A stretch of DNA of 64,000 nucleotides. Source: Vicugna vicugna. Its lineage: Eukaryota. This document shows, piece by piece, positions 51,153 to 64,000 of the stretch; position 1 is the stretch's first letter, and every line of letters starts with the position of its first letter. The stretch lies in contig MU058153.1 in assembly GCA_013265495.1 (NCBI GenBank), positions 248,001 through 312,000 of the forward strand. Reading direction: 5' to 3'. The notes beneath the pieces are model-generated. The model had not been told where the DNA came from and made no database searches. It was given only the letters and a program-made list of their open reading frames with translations. Position numbers and translations under genes: made by a program.

Positions 51153-51410
51153 GTGCTATAGGATGAATGTTTGGATTCTCCCCCGAGTCATATGTTGAAA
51201 CCTAGTCTTCAGTGTGATGATATTTGAAGGTGATGACTTCAAGAGTGATTAGTTCATGAGGGTAAAAACCTCATAAATGGGATTAGTGTCCATATAAAAA
51301 GGGCCCCATGGAGCTCCCTTACTCCTGCCATGTGAGGAATAAGTTTCTGTGGTTTATAAGCCACCTAGTCTATGTTACTTTGTTACAGCAGCCTGAGCAG
51401 ACTAAGACAC
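51153..51410 (+). mobile_element. MaLR LTR (MLT1A-like), internally deleted
   Basis: TGCTATAGGATGAATGTTTG...ATGGGATTAGTGTCC...TTTATAAGCCACCTAGTCTATG...GACTAAGACA. Confidence 0.85.
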
Positions 51411-51539
51411 CTAACTGTTGTTCCAATTTATTATTGTACTGTCTTCAGAAAGTTTACAGGCTGGGTTACAAGGAGGGAAATTCAGGAAGAAAAGCAGGTA
51501 GATTCTCTGAAGAGACGGAATCAGGGTTCAGAGAGACAG

Positions 51540-53590
51540 AGGGAGAGAGCTAAAGCTCACAGAACATAGTCCTATACTAAAGAGAACTTCAAAAAGAGAG
51601 AATTTCAGATACTACTGTTAGATCCTTCTCAGATACTCATCTGAGTTCTGATTCACACATGCATTTGATGAATTATCGAAGAGTGAGAAAGACTTTCTGA
51701 GAGTTAGAGGCAGTACTTATCTGTGCACAAAAAAGGCTGGTGACAGTGCTTGTTCCCTTTAGAAAAACAAACAAAAAAATACGTCATGCTCAGTGGCACA
51801 TCAGGTAGAGTCCTAAGAAGGTCCTTACCCCATTAGTGGAGTATGATTAGTTCTAAACCAACACTGCTTTTGTCCCACTCAACAAATCTTAAAACAAACA
51901 TAAAAAGATCAAATTGTATGTGAGTAACTTAACCATGTCACAGAACAAAGTTTAGAAATATTTGCAGGAATATAGACACTTTGCACCCAAAAAGGTAAAA
52001 TTCACCATGTTTGGCAGTTGATTAAAGAATACTAGATAGGTATAGGGAAAGACAAACCATAAGAAGAAGAATTATAATTAAAAAATGACTCAGAAATAAC
52101 ATAGATATTAGGGTTGGCAGACATGGATAGTAAAACAGGTAATATAACTGTTCCAACTGTGCAAAAAGTTAAGTAGAGACATGGAAGATATAAAAAAGAA
52201 TCAAAAAGGCCTTCTAGAGATGAAAATTAAAATGTCTGAGGTGAGAACTACAGTGGATGAGATCAATAGCTAATTAGTTTGTAGAAAAATATCCTTGAAC
52301 TTGAAGGCATGACAAAAGAAACCATTCAAGATGGAACACAGAGGAAAAACATTGAAAAAAAATGATACCATCAGTGAGCTATGAAAGAACTTCAAGCAAC
52401 TTCATATATACGTAATTGGAGTCCCCAAGGGAGAGGGGAGACAGGGGACAAAATAAACATTTGAGAAATCATGACCAGAAATGTATTAATTTGGTGAACA
52501 CTGTAACTCACAAATCTAAGAAAACCAAAGTACTTCAAGTGCCAGAAACATGAATAAAACTACTTGAAAGATGCAGTATAATCAAATGGCTCACAACCAG
52601 TAATAAAGAGAATATTTTAAAAGCAGCCAGAGCAAAAAGACAGGAACACAGGTAATGATGACTTCTCAGCAGAAAACATGCAAGTGAGAAGACAGTAGAG
52701 CAACATCTTCAAATTCTGAAAGGAAATGAAAACTGTTAACCTAGAATTCTATACCTAGAGAAAGTAGTTTTTAAAAATGAAGGTGAAAAATGACCTTTTC
52801 TGACATACAGGAGACTTCAGCAGCAGTAAACCTGCATGTCATAAAATTTTAAAGGAAGGCTGTAGGTGAGAGGGAAATAGTAACAGATGGAACTATGGAG
52901 CATCACAAATGAGTAAAGAATGCCAGAAGTGTTAACTACGTAGGTAAATATATTATTTTTTAATTACAATTGAAATCTCTTTAAAAATAAGTGACTTTTA
53001 AAACAAGGTAAAAATACAGTGTGAGGTTTGTAACATGTATTAAGTAAAATGTCTTTAAAAAAAACCCATGCAAGTTAGGAGGGGAGAAATTGAATTATAC
53101 AAAATTTAATGTTTATTCCCTTGCATAAAGTGGTATAACGTTGCTTGAAGTAAGTGTACTGAGATAAAGATGTATACTATAAATCTTAGAATAACACTAA
53201 TACAAAAAATACAAGGTTGTAAATAATAAGCCAACAAAAGAGATAAAATGGAATCATAAAATAGAAAAGGGGTATTAAGAACAGAAGGGGGAAATAGAAA
53301 GCAAATAGCAAGATAATAGACTTAAAACTAATCACATCAATAGTTGCCTTGCATATAAATGATTTCAGCACATCAATTAGAAGACAGAGATTGCCAGGTT
53401 ACATATAAAATCAAGACTCAAGCGTGTGCTGCTTGTAACAAACACATTTTAAATAATTGTCATAAATTAATTTATTTGGAAAGGAAAAAATATAGCATGC
53501 TATCACTCGTTAAAGAAAGCTGCATCAACTACATTTATACCCAACTACATTTTAGAGAAAATAATATAAAGAAGGATCTTCCCTTTTAAT
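51540..53590 (+). mobile_element. Old LINE-1 5' half: 5'UTR, ORF1, inter-ORF and start of ORF2 (decayed)
   Basis: GTAATTGGAGTCCC, AAAGCAGCCAGAG, AACCTAGAATTCTATA (ORF1); 53340-53460 resembles the endonuclease start (CAATTAGAAGACAGAGATTG...TGCTGCTTGTAACAAACACA). Confidence 0.8.
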
Positions 53591-54494
53591 GAAAACCTAG
53601 AAGCTAGATGTTGGTTTTATGTATTTCAGCAAATAATTGAATTATTTATCTCAGAGCATAGAGTTATCTTATAAGCATCATTGTCCTATTGGCCTGGACT
53701 GTAAAAAATTAGACCACACAAAGGATGCATGCAGCAAGAATAATGCTATAGTTCTAGAGAGAGAGACCAAATTAATTCTTTCTAAACATTTGCTTGTGGT
53801 GTATAGATGCTAACACAGAAAAACAAAAAAACAGGATTCAGGTTAATTCTTATTTCTTTAGTACATTAGAGGCCATAGACATGAGCACAGAAGCTTACAG
53901 GACTGTCAATAAATCAAAAAATTGTCTTTCCCCTTCTAGTCCTACAAATCCTAGAAATGGACTTTAATTGAAGCTGGCGGATACTGGACATAGACAAAAC
54001 ACTTGCCAATATCTACCCAGAAATATTATCCAAAAGTCTAACAGTACTATTTCTGAAGGTTGATAAATCAAATACGGGGTTAGATCTCTGCCTATGCTTT
54101 GAGGCTCTTACACGTGAGATCTCCTGGCCGATACGTCGTTTCTGTTCTGTTCTTACAAGCCAGATCCTCTCACTCGTTGAAACCCTTATTCAAGAAGTAG
54201 GTCAAGAAGCACAGTCCTCACAAAATCTTGTTACTCTGCACCAGAGTCTCTGGTTCCCCTCACCCTCAGCCCTGCACCAGTTTTAAAAATCAAACTGCTT
54301 TAATCAAACTTCAAAACATATGTATAACTTTTTTTCTGTCTGTCTGCCATGGATTTCATTTTAGTATTCATGTATTTTTTTTCCCCAGACAATTTCTAAT
54401 GAATCTTGCAAGTCTCACATTTGGAGGAAACACATTTTGAAAGGTCAAGTAATTTGTCCAATGAAACAGTTAGTAGGGGACAGAACTTAGATTA

Positions 54495-54640
54495 AGGCAT
54501 TTATTTACTCAACAAAAATTTATTGAATGCCTAGTACATTCCAATCACTGTACTTGGCTTTAAGAGTGCCTTGGTAAATAAAATAGAAAAGACAAAAATA
54601 AGTCCCACCCTTTGGAGCTCAGATCTGTCTGATGGAGAAC
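54495..54640 (-). mobile_element. L2 3' end (antisense)
   Basis: CATTTATTTACTCAACAAAAATTTATTGAATGCCTA...AGTCCCACCCTTTGGAGCTCA. Confidence 0.7.
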
Positions 54641-55559
54641 ACATGATTTTGTTACTATCTCCTATGACTTCTCTACCAAAGAGCATCGAAACTTTCCCTT
54701 TCTAATTTCCCACCTAAGATGCCACCAAGAAGATATTTGAAATATTCCTTGAATAGAAACATTCTAATGAATGATAATAAACAATATTTTAAGAAAATTT
54801 GCTGGAATAGAGAAGAGGCATGTAGTGACAGGATGAGGTGGGGCCTGATCTGCCGGCCCAGTGACTAGCTGTATGCCTTGCTGTGCCCAACATTTTTGTT
54901 GGGAAATGCGTGCCTGAAATTCTACCACAAAGCAAATGAAGTATTCATTTTTCCTCCATTGATTTTTACTTTTGAGCGATAATCCTGCATCTTTGGTACA
55001 ATGTGATAAGGAATTCATAGCTAAACCAAAATGAGAAAAAGGATCTCAGAAGAGAGATATTGATTGTACAGAGAAACACTGAATCTGTGTATTAGGTGGA
55101 CATAGAAATCCAATGCAAACTACCTCAGAAAGGAAAAAATTTCATTTCGGGTAACGCTTGTTTCACGTACTTTTACAATGTCAATTAAGTACTGTTCACC
55201 ATGTCCTGGGTGAGCTTTCTCCTCTCTGTCTTTATGCTACATACGGCTCTCTCCATTGGATGAGAAATACGCCCAGTTGCAAATCTAGGATTATGTAGCA
55301 GTTACAGCTCTTATTCTCAGAGGGAGAGTGTGCTAAAATTTAAATTTTATAAAGGATTACTTAAACTGAATATAATTATGTATTTTGGTATTACTGTTAA
55401 TATTTAAGAGAGTCCAAAATCTTGTACCTTTTTTTAAATGAAGTAGTTTTTCAAGAGATTTTTTTTTCTCATTTTTACTATCATTTGATTTAATTGTTCT
55501 TTCTGTTTATTGATTTATTTGCTCACATAGCACTAGGGTATTACAGGAAGTAATGCTTA

Positions 55560-56090
55560 TTGGTTTTTCCTATATGTAAGGAACTAAAATAGGCATTTAC
55601 CTTCATTAATCACATTGCATTGTCACAACAGCCCTGTAAGGGAAGGCCTATTATTACAATCATTTAAAATGTAAGGAAAATGAGTCTTAAAAGATTGTGC
55701 AAGTGTATATATCTAATAAACAGCTAAGCCAAGATGCGAACCCGGAAACTGAGCTTCTGTTAGGCAGAATGCTACTTTGCCTCTCTGACAGTACAGTAGG
55801 GAAAAATTAAATAATATTACAGTGTTTCCTCAAAATTAAATTCTTAAATCTTTATTCTTACTAAAGACTGTATTTTAAAAAAAGACATGCTGTAATAAGA
55901 GATATCAAACCCTAGTGTAACATATGAATTCAAATCCCAACTGCACCACTGACTAGCTATGAACATTTAGGCACTCAGCTCAAATTGTACATACAAGAGT
56001 TTCATCAAATGTTAAAATAGAATGTCTACATCAGTTTATTTTGTGAAGATTAAGTTAAATAATCTATTGCTTGTATAGTAGGCAGATTGT
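55560..56090. mobile_element. Two MIR SINEs (-, then +)
   Basis: TCACAACAGCCCTGTAAGG...AAGGAAAATGAG; GAATTCAAATCCCAACTGCACCACTGACTAGCTATG. Confidence 0.7.
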
Positions 56091-56169
56091 ACTATAGCCA
56101 ATAATAACATGAAAGCCAGGTAAAATATAAAAATTGTTTATGTAAAGATGTAGAGGGCAAGAACTTTTG

Positions 56170-56790
56170 CATTCTACTTGACTGTAAAATGACATAACCA
56201 CTTTGGAAAACTCTTTGGTGATTTCTCAAAAACAAATATGTATCTATCACAACCCAGAGATTCTACTTCTAAGTATTTATTGAAAAAAATGAACATATGT
56301 TCACACAGAGTTGTGCAAGAATGTTTACAGAAACTTGTCCAGGATAGACCCAAATTGGAAACAACCAGAATTCCTATTAGCAGATGAATGAATTTTTTAA
56401 AAACTTGTGTTAATTCCATACAGGGGAATAATGCACATAGATATAAACTACCTGATACACACAACAGGGATGAATCTCAAAATCATTACTCCGAGTGAAA
56501 GAAGCTGAGTACAGAGAGGTACATACAGTGTGTTTCTACACATTTAATAGTGTGGTAAATGCACAGTAATTTCTGGTTACAAGAAATTGATCAGTTGTTG
56601 CCTGAAGAAGGGAGCAGAGGGAGGAACAGACTGCAAAGGAATGTGAGGGTCTTTGGAAGGGAATAGAGATTTTATGTATCTTGATTGTGGTGGTAGCTTC
56701 ATGGTTATCTACATCTCTGTCAAACTTAGCTGTACACTTTAAATGGATGCAGTTTATTGTATGTAAATATTTATGCCACAGTTAACTTCA
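56170..56790 (+). mobile_element. Old LINE-1 3' end (L1ME-like)
   Basis: AACCACTTTGGAAAAC, GATGAATCTCAAAA, TATCTTGATTGTGGTGGTAG, GTACACTTAAATGG. Confidence 0.85.
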
Positions 56791-59030
56791 AAAATGGAGA
56801 GACATTCCACATACACAGATTGGAGGACTCAAAATTTCATGTGGGTGTGTATGTATATGTATATGTATGTGTGTGTGTGTATATATATATATGTATATAT
56901 ATATATACACTTCCCAAACTGACCCATAGATTAAATGCATTTAAAATAAAAACTACCTGTAGGATTGTGTGTGTGCATGGCTGTCCATATGTGTGCAAGC
57001 AAGCATGTGTCGGTGAAAATTAAGAAACTGAATCTAAAATTTACAGAGAAATGCAAAGGACACATAATAACTAATGTAAAATCAAAGAATAATAAAGAAA
57101 CTAGATTAATATCATATTGAGGCCTGTGGTACATAACACTATCGTAATTAAGACTGTGGAATTGGCATAGAGATAGATCCATTGACCAATGGAACTATAG
57201 AGAAAATCCAGGAATAGACTCACTTACATTTCTGTGGTTACCTAATTTTTACAAAGGAAACACTGCCCTTCAGTGGGAAAAGAACAATCTTTTTGATAAA
57301 TAGTGTGGGGTTGACTGGATATTCATACAGAAATAATAAATAGTATCCTGTTCCTTGAATTATATGTAAGAACCAAGACTAAATGTAAATGTGTAAGATA
57401 AACAATACAACTTCTAGAAAAATTATGAAAATACCTTTATTACCTTAAAGAAGTCAAAGATTTCTTAAACAAGAACAGAAGTTATTCATACTAACAGAAA
57501 ACTTGATAAAGAAGTTACATTGAAATTTGAAAACATGATTAAGAGTGTGAAATGTAGACTCAAATGATATTAAATATTTTTATGCATATGTCTGTCAAAA
57601 ATATTTAGAATATATAAAAAACTTTAGGTAAGATAAACAATAGAAAAATAGATTTTTTTGTTTTTTTAATTTTATTTTGGTAAGAACTGAATGCATTTTT
57701 AACACATTTGTAAGTGTACAATACAGTATTGTTGGTTATAGGTGTGATGATTTATAGCAGATCTCTAGAACTTACTCATCATGCTAACTGAAATGATGCC
57801 CATTAATTAGTAACTCCCCACTTACCCTTCCCCCTAACTTCTGGCAGCTACCATTCTACTCTCTAATTGTGTGAATTTGACTATTTTAGATTTCTCATGT
57901 AAGTGGAATCATGCAGTATTTGTCTTTCTGTGACTGACTTATATCACTTAGCATCATGTCCTCAAGATTGTCCCATGCTGCAGAATTTCATTCTTTTTTT
58001 TAAGGCTAAACACTATACCTTTGTATCTGTTGATGGACATTAAGTTTGTTTCTACATCTAGGCTATTGTAAATAGTACTATAATAAACATGGGAGTGCTA
58101 ATATCTAATTTCAGTTATTTTGCGTAAATACCCAGATGTGGGATTGCTGGGTCATATGGTAGTGCTGCTTTTAATTTTTTGAGGAAACTTCATATTGTTT
58201 CCATAGCAGCTGTGCTACTTTGCATTCCCACCAAAAGTGCACAAAGATTTGAACAGACATTTCCTTTAAAAATATCCAAATGGCCAATAAACTTAGGAAA
58301 ATGTGCTAAACTTTATATGCCATCATGGAAATGCAAATTGAAACCACCAGAATGACTAAAATGAATAAAATAGTTTGACAATTCCAAATGTTAAGTAATG
58401 GTGTGAAGCAAATGGAATCTTCATACTTTTCTGGTGAGAGTATAAATTGAGACAGCCACTTTAGAAAATGCTTTGTCAGTATACACTAAAACTCAACTAG
58501 CTCATAACTTAGGATGTGGCAGTTCCATTCCCTAGTGTATACCCAACAGAACTGCATAGTTATGTTTGCCAAAAATATTGTACAAGGATGTTTATGGCAG
58601 CATTACTTGTAATAGGTTGATAATGAAAACAACCATCAATAATAGAAAAGATAAATACAATGAAATATTATACAGTAATGAGAGCAAATGAACTGCACCT
58701 ACATGCAGCAGAACAGATGAATGTCATAAACAATATGTTGAGGGAAGAAGCCAGACACAAGAGTAGTACATATACATGATTCCATTCACATACAACTGAA
58801 AAAGGCGGCACATTATTTATTCCCCTTTGAAGTCAAGATAGCAGTTACTCATGTGGTTAGTAACAGGGAGATGGGGCGTGAGGGTAACTTTTAGGATGCA
58901 GATGATGTTCTGTTTCTTGATTCAGGCTCTGATTATAGAAATGTGTTTTACTTTGTGAAAATTCATTGTGTTGCACACTTAGGATATGTATTATTTTCGT
59001 TATGTATGTTATACTTCAATAAAAAGGAAA
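56790..59030 (+). mobile_element. Old LINE-1 ORF2 3' part and 3'UTR (L1ME-like), interrupted by a younger L1
   Basis: ATGGAGAGACATTCCA, GACCAATGGAAC, GAAATGCAAATTGAAACCAC, AAGCCAGACACAA, ATACTTCAATAAAAA. Confidence 0.85.
57652..58245 (-). mobile_element. LINE-1 3' end (L1MA8/9-like) nested in an older L1
   Basis: Poly(T), then TACAATACAGTATTG, AGCAGATCTCTAGAACTTA, TAAGTGGAATCATGCAGTATTTGTC, GGATTGCTGGGTCATATGGTAG. Confidence 0.9.
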
Positions 59031-59419
59031 AAAGTAACATTCATACCAAATAAATTCCACTTTGTTAAAAAAATCACATACCATTTCATGAATTAAGCTC
59101 TGTGTGACGGAGAATCCACAGGGGTATCTCTGTTTTGTATTTGCGTATTTTAGCATAGATAAGTCAAGACACTGAGAATAAAGGAGGAAGTCAAGGAATG
59201 GGTAGAAGGAAATATCTACATATAATGAAGACACATTTCTGCCACCAAAGTCTTTAGAAATTGTTTATTACTAAATTAGTGCCATAATAGAGAATGATAT
59301 CAACATATCATTTTCTATCTTGGAGAAAGATAAATTGGGATCAAAGAAGTGAAGTGCCAATTTTTAATTTTGTGGCAATATGTATATATTCACACGTGTC
59401 CTTAAACATGCTTACACAT

Positions 59420-59516
59420 TCTTTTTCTTTGCCTTTCTCCCTGCCCCCGTCTCTCTTCCTTCCTCCCTCCCTTCCTCTCTTTATCTTTTTTCCTCTCTCT
59501 TTTTTTTGGGGGGGGA
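59420..59516. repeat. Pyrimidine-rich (CT/CCCT) tract
   Basis: Visible directly. Confidence 0.85.
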
Positions 59517-59814
59517 ATTATACAAATCAAGCAACACAATAATTGAGTGCTTGTATATTTTGTCATTATCTATTAGCTATCAACCTAGATTCCTACAAGT
59601 TAGGGAAATTTTATTTTTGCTTTGATTGGTTGTTGATTAAGTGTTAACAGCTATAGTCTGTCATCGTGGGATCTTACCATCCCCATAATATTAGCCATAC
59701 TGGTTACATGGCAGCATCTCTCACTGTCAACCACAGCCTTCAGAGGATAGCCAACACCAGGCTTCTCACATGTGCTGGTTTCCCCTGCACACTGTATTTC
59801 ACAGCATTAGGCCC

Positions 59815-59942
59815 TTGATGCTAGAAGTGTGGTGTCCACACAGCAGAACAATCTCATGCTTGACCCAGATATACTGACTGAGAATTTGCATTGTAACAAA
59901 ATTCCAGGGTTTTTTGGATGCACATTGAAGTTTGAGAGCCTC
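59815..59942. mobile_element. MER5A1-like hAT MITE
   Basis: AAGTGTGGT...TACTGACTGAGAATTTGCATTGTAACAA..TCC...GCACATTGAAGTTTGAGA. Confidence 0.7.
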
Positions 59943-60437
59943 TACTCTCGGCATTCTCTGGATAAAATGTTTAAGTAACAGATTCTTAAGTCTTACATAG
60001 TAAACCATTTCTAACAGCCCCACTACCATACTTTGCCAGAGGAGTTTGGAACATTCACCACGACTAAGCCATTATCCTATATAAGTTTTAAAGAACTATA
60101 CTGATTAACATTAGAAGCCTCTCTGGTTGTTCTTGACATAATACTAAATCCTAAATCATAACTGGTTTAAATGGTATCAGTAAATTCTTCCCTATCCATA
60201 ACATAGCCCCACCAGTTCAGCACCATCTGCATGTCACCTTGGTTCATGCTGGTACGTGTTTGTCAGGTCCTGTAACTCCTTCAATAAGCTGTTTCTTCCT
60301 GGGGCAAAGTTCACATCTCCCTGCTTTAGGTTATATTAAAACTGACTCAGGTTTTGGTTCTAGAGGCAGTAAGGAATACTGAAGGAAGAACTTGAAGAAG
60401 ACAAACATTATTTTGAGATGCAACCATTCCAAACATA

Positions 60438-60588
60438 GATTGCCAGATAAAATACAGGCCACCTAGTTAAAACTGAAATATAAATAAATGACAAAAAATT
60501 GTTTCAGTCTAAATATGCCCTAAATATTGCATAAGGCAAATTTATACTAAAAAGCACTTGTTTATCCCAATTCAAATTTAACTGTCCT
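60438..60588. mobile_element. MER53 palindromic hAT MITE (one end lost)
   Basis: TTGCCAGATAAAATACAGG...CTAGTTAAA...AAATATTGCAT...TTATACTAAAAA...TTGTTTATC..AATTCAAATTTAACTG. Confidence 0.8.
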
Positions 60589-60589
60589 T

Positions 60590-61095
60590 TAAAAAAATTA
60601 AATAACTTTTTAAAAATTTTAGAATAATTTAGGTTTACAGAAAAACTGCAAAGATAATGTGGAGAGTTTCCATATACTCCAAACACATTTTTCCCTATTG
60701 TTATCATCTTGTATTAGTACAGTATATTTGCTACAATTAGTGAACTAATGTTGATACATCATTATTAGCTGAGGTCTACACTTTATTCAGATTTTCTTAG
60801 TTTTTGCCTTCTGTTCCAGCATTCCGTCTAGGATACCATATTCCACTTGTCATGTTTCCTTAGGCTTATCTTAGCTGTGACAGTTTCTAAGACTTTCCTT
60901 GTGTTTGATGACCTTCAGAGTTTGAGGAGTCCTGATCATGTATTTACTAGACTCCTCTCAGTGCTCAGTAGGATTTGTCTGATGTCTTTACCATGATTAT
61001 ATTAGGGTCATGTGTTTTTGAGAGGAAGGCTAGAGAACTAAAGTGCCATTTTAATCACATTGTATCAAAGGTATGTATTATCAGCATGGCTTCAC
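60590..61095 (-). mobile_element. Old LINE-1 3' end (L1MB/L1MC-like)
   Basis: TTTTAGAATAATTTAGGTTTACAGAAAA..TGCAAAGATA, CTGTGACAGTTTCT.AGACTTTCCTTG. Confidence 0.85.
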
Positions 61096-62499
61096 TTTGA
61101 ACTTTGTGTTTTAACGTGTATATTTAGAGTCACTGCTTCCTGAAAATACAAATAAATAAATAAGCCCTTTAATCTCATCCCATTAGACCTTGAAGCATCT
61201 TATTTATCTAAGTTTTCCCCAGAACCTTACATTTCATAGGTACATGTGGTCTGTTTGGGAAATGAACCATCCCCTAGTTATACTATAGAAAGTACCACAT
61301 CTGAGAATGTATTATTTAAACAGCTTAATATTCATTAGTATTTCATCCAGTGGAAACACCCAAAAGGTGAAAATTTTCTATGAGCTTTCTATCTATGAAT
61401 TTATCTGAGTGTTAAGACAGTTATTTTACTTTCTTTTTTTGATAGCTGAGGAATGAAGCAGGAACAGTTAGCTCTGGACATTGACTGGTAGATGTTCCAC
61501 GTAAACTCAAGTAATGAACACCCATAAAACCTAGTTTACAGAGATTATCCATAGTGAGTTTCCCAGAGTGAATCGACTTTATCTAGGTTGCAGTCATCAG
61601 AGTCAACAGCCTACAAGGGTCTCCAGGGGGTTTGGGAAATGACTGGGTCTGGGGAGCTATCTGGAATGCTAGCATTGCCATTCCCTCTTTCTAGTTCACT
61701 ATACAGATGAGTACAGCTGTATCCTTTATTAGTTAAGCAAGTATTTATTTTCCTAAGTATCTTTGAATGTTCTTATTCCAGAGCACAAACTCCATAACCC
61801 TCTTGGTATCTGCTCTAGTAGTTTATGTGTATAATTTACCAATCATTTCGAAAACATGTTATTTTTCACCCCTAGAAACTTTTTTATTGTCTGCATTTGT
61901 TGCAGCTTTTCAGAGAATTTCACAGCTTTTCCTCATTTCTTTATGTGCCCTAAGTTTCTGTTTGTTGTCATCATTAAACCCTCTGTGTCCACTGTTGAAC
62001 TAGGAATTGTTTAGAAACAAACTCAAAATAAGTTTTAAAAATATTTGTTAAAATCCTACTGTGTGCTTGGCATAACAGATAAAAAAGAATGAACTAAGTA
62101 AAATTTACAAAAAATATGAAAGAAGAGCATGGTGTATCTCAGGAAAAAGAAGTAGTTTAATTCAATTAAAACAACACACAGAGAAAGAGTGGTAAAAGAT
62201 AAAACTGTAAACCAAATACTTGGTGGATCATAAAAGTTCTCTATTTTCTCCTGAATGTCGTGAACTTTATTTTAAGCACCAGTGTGCTAAAATTAAATTT
62301 CAGCTTTCTGGAGTCTTCCCTGATGGCTGTAAAGGGAAGAAACAAAGAAAAACTCAGTGGCTTGTCCTAAGACAGATGAAGATCTCCTTGAGAAGGGAAT
62401 ACTTATGAAATGTGGGGTAAGGAGTAATTCAAAATGGAGTATGGTCAAGTAGAAAATACTGGTCTAGGTAGTGTATTATCCGTAACTACTGGTATTTCT

Positions 62500-64000
62500 T
62501 TGATCCATTCTCATTCCAGCCAGAACTATCTTGTTAAAACATAGATCCAATCATTTCAACATCTGCATTGCACAGCCCCTGAAATTCTTCACTGATTTTC
62601 TAGTGCTTACAGAGAAAAAAAAATTAAATTTCCTTAACAAGTTTTAAAAATCTCTACCCCATTTTGATAACCAGGTTTCTTCTTGCTTTCTGCCTTTCAG
62701 TGACACTGCCTTTTATAAAGGCCCACACAGCAATATTTACTTCCACTACAAGGCTGCACAGGCTGCTTGCTGTTTGTGGAACTCCCTTCCCATCCTGGGT
62801 ATCTTTTCTTGTAATTTAATGCCGAGCATTTCCCCTCCAGAGGTATCCTCTGGAAAACTTTCATTGGTTTCCCTTACTTGTGCAAATCCCCATTATTCAG
62901 TTTCATACTGTGTTAGTCAGGGTTCTCCAGAGAAACAGAACCAGTAGGATATTGATATATGATAGATACATAGATAGGTAGACAGACAGATAGATAGAAA
63001 TTTAGAAAAAGATTTATTATGAGATACTGACTCACACGATTGTGGAGACTAAGTCCTATGATCTGCTGTCTGCAAGCAGGATGCCAGGGAAAGCCAGTGG
63101 TATAGTTTCAGTTGGAATCTCAAGGCTTGATAATCTGGACCACTTATGTCTGAAGGCAGGAGAAGATCCATGTTTGCCCTTCCTCAGCTTTTGTTCTATT
63201 CAGGCCCTCAGTGGACTGGATGGTGGCCACCACATTGGCCAGGATGATTTTCTTTATTCAGTCTATTGATTCAAATTCTTACCTCTTCTGGCATTACTCT
63301 CATAGAGACACCCTTAGTTCCTTCAAACTGACACACAAAGTTAACCATTACAGTATAGTTCACTTCATTTGTCTCCCATCTTTTAAGGATCAACATCCTT
63401 TAACTAGTCACTCTTCCTTCTCTTATACCATCAGTAGTTCTCTATAAAATTTTTAAAACATACATAAAAAGCACATTTCTCAATTAAAAAATAAAGAAAT
63501 CTCTCTATACTTTATAGTATCTTCTAATTACATGTCCATTTTTCTACTTTCCTTCACAGAAAAATTCCTCAGAGGAGTTTTCTACTCATTGTCTCAAATT
63601 TCTCCTTTCTCATCCTTTCTTAAATTCACTTCAGCCAGGTTGAAGCCCTAAACAGTCTTCCAAAATGGCTCTCGTTAAGGTAATGGCTGACAAATATCTT
63701 TCTAAAGACACAGGGACAAATGCCAGTCCTCATCCATATTTGACATGTCACCAGCAGTTAGGACATGATGACCAGTCTTTCCTCCATGACACCATTTCTT
63801 CACTTATATTTCAGGGCCCTACATTTTAGTGATTACCTCTTTCTTAGTTGAAGGCAGTCTTCTCAATCTTATTTTCTGGCTTCTCTTTATCTCTGTGTCT
63901 TAATAAGTAATTGCCTAAGGAATCAGTCTTTAAACCTCTCTTGGATTCATCTACACTCCCTCCCATGGTGGTTTCATCCATTCCTGTGCCTTAAATACCA
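62500..64000 (+). mobile_element. L2 LINE fragments, interrupted by MLT2 and running off the window end
   Basis: C/T-rich L2 motifs (GGCTCTCGTTAAGGT, TTTGACATGTCACCAGCA, ATCTACACTCCCTCCC..GGTG..TTCATCCA). Confidence 0.7.
62909..63352 (-). mobile_element. ERVL LTR (MLT2-type)
   Basis: TGTGTTAGTCAGGGTTCTCCAGAGAAACAGAACCAGTAGGA ... AACTGACACACAAAGTTAACCATTACA. Confidence 0.92.

Noticed and set aside
48400..53590. Two oppositely oriented old L1 5' regions as one inverted element
   Set aside because: Both contain the same ORF1 segment and are separated by about 1.8 kb of other sequence, so they are independent insertions
1..64000. CRISPR arrays, tRNA/rRNA genes, numts, processed pseudogenes, prokaryote-type systems
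   Set aside because: No regularly spaced repeats, cloverleafs or coding-like stretches seen; this is repeat-rich mammalian non-coding DNA

Overview
Mammalian nuclear DNA, AT-rich and CpG-depleted, dominated by interspersed repeats: L1 (old L1M-type and cetartiodactyl-lineage copies), L2, MIR, MaLR/ERVL/ERV1 LTRs and hAT MITEs. The L1 3' ends look cetartiodactyl. I see no Alu, Bov-A/BovB, PRE-1, CHR or Can-SINE, so a camelid is the best guess (inference from recalled repeat consensi, not a database search). I cannot support any protein-coding exon, tRNA, rRNA or CRISPR feature. The ORFs in the supplied track are short chance frames or readings of repeats. The main non-repeat landmark is a single small CpG island at about 35,860-36,420. 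It carries a duplicated NRF1-like site, a full CRE, a CDE/CHR tandem overlapping a YY1-like motif, and MYB sites, and has splice donors on both strands. This suggests an orphan, possibly bidirectional promoter for non-coding or germline transcripts. Other points of interest: a candidate 3-nt microexon or recursive splice site, a twin-primed inverted L1, an LTR with a collapsed primer-binding-site stub, an ERV LTR splitting a CpG-retaining patch, and several perfect tandem duplications inside old repeats. Repeat boundaries and subfamily names were read by eye and are approximate.
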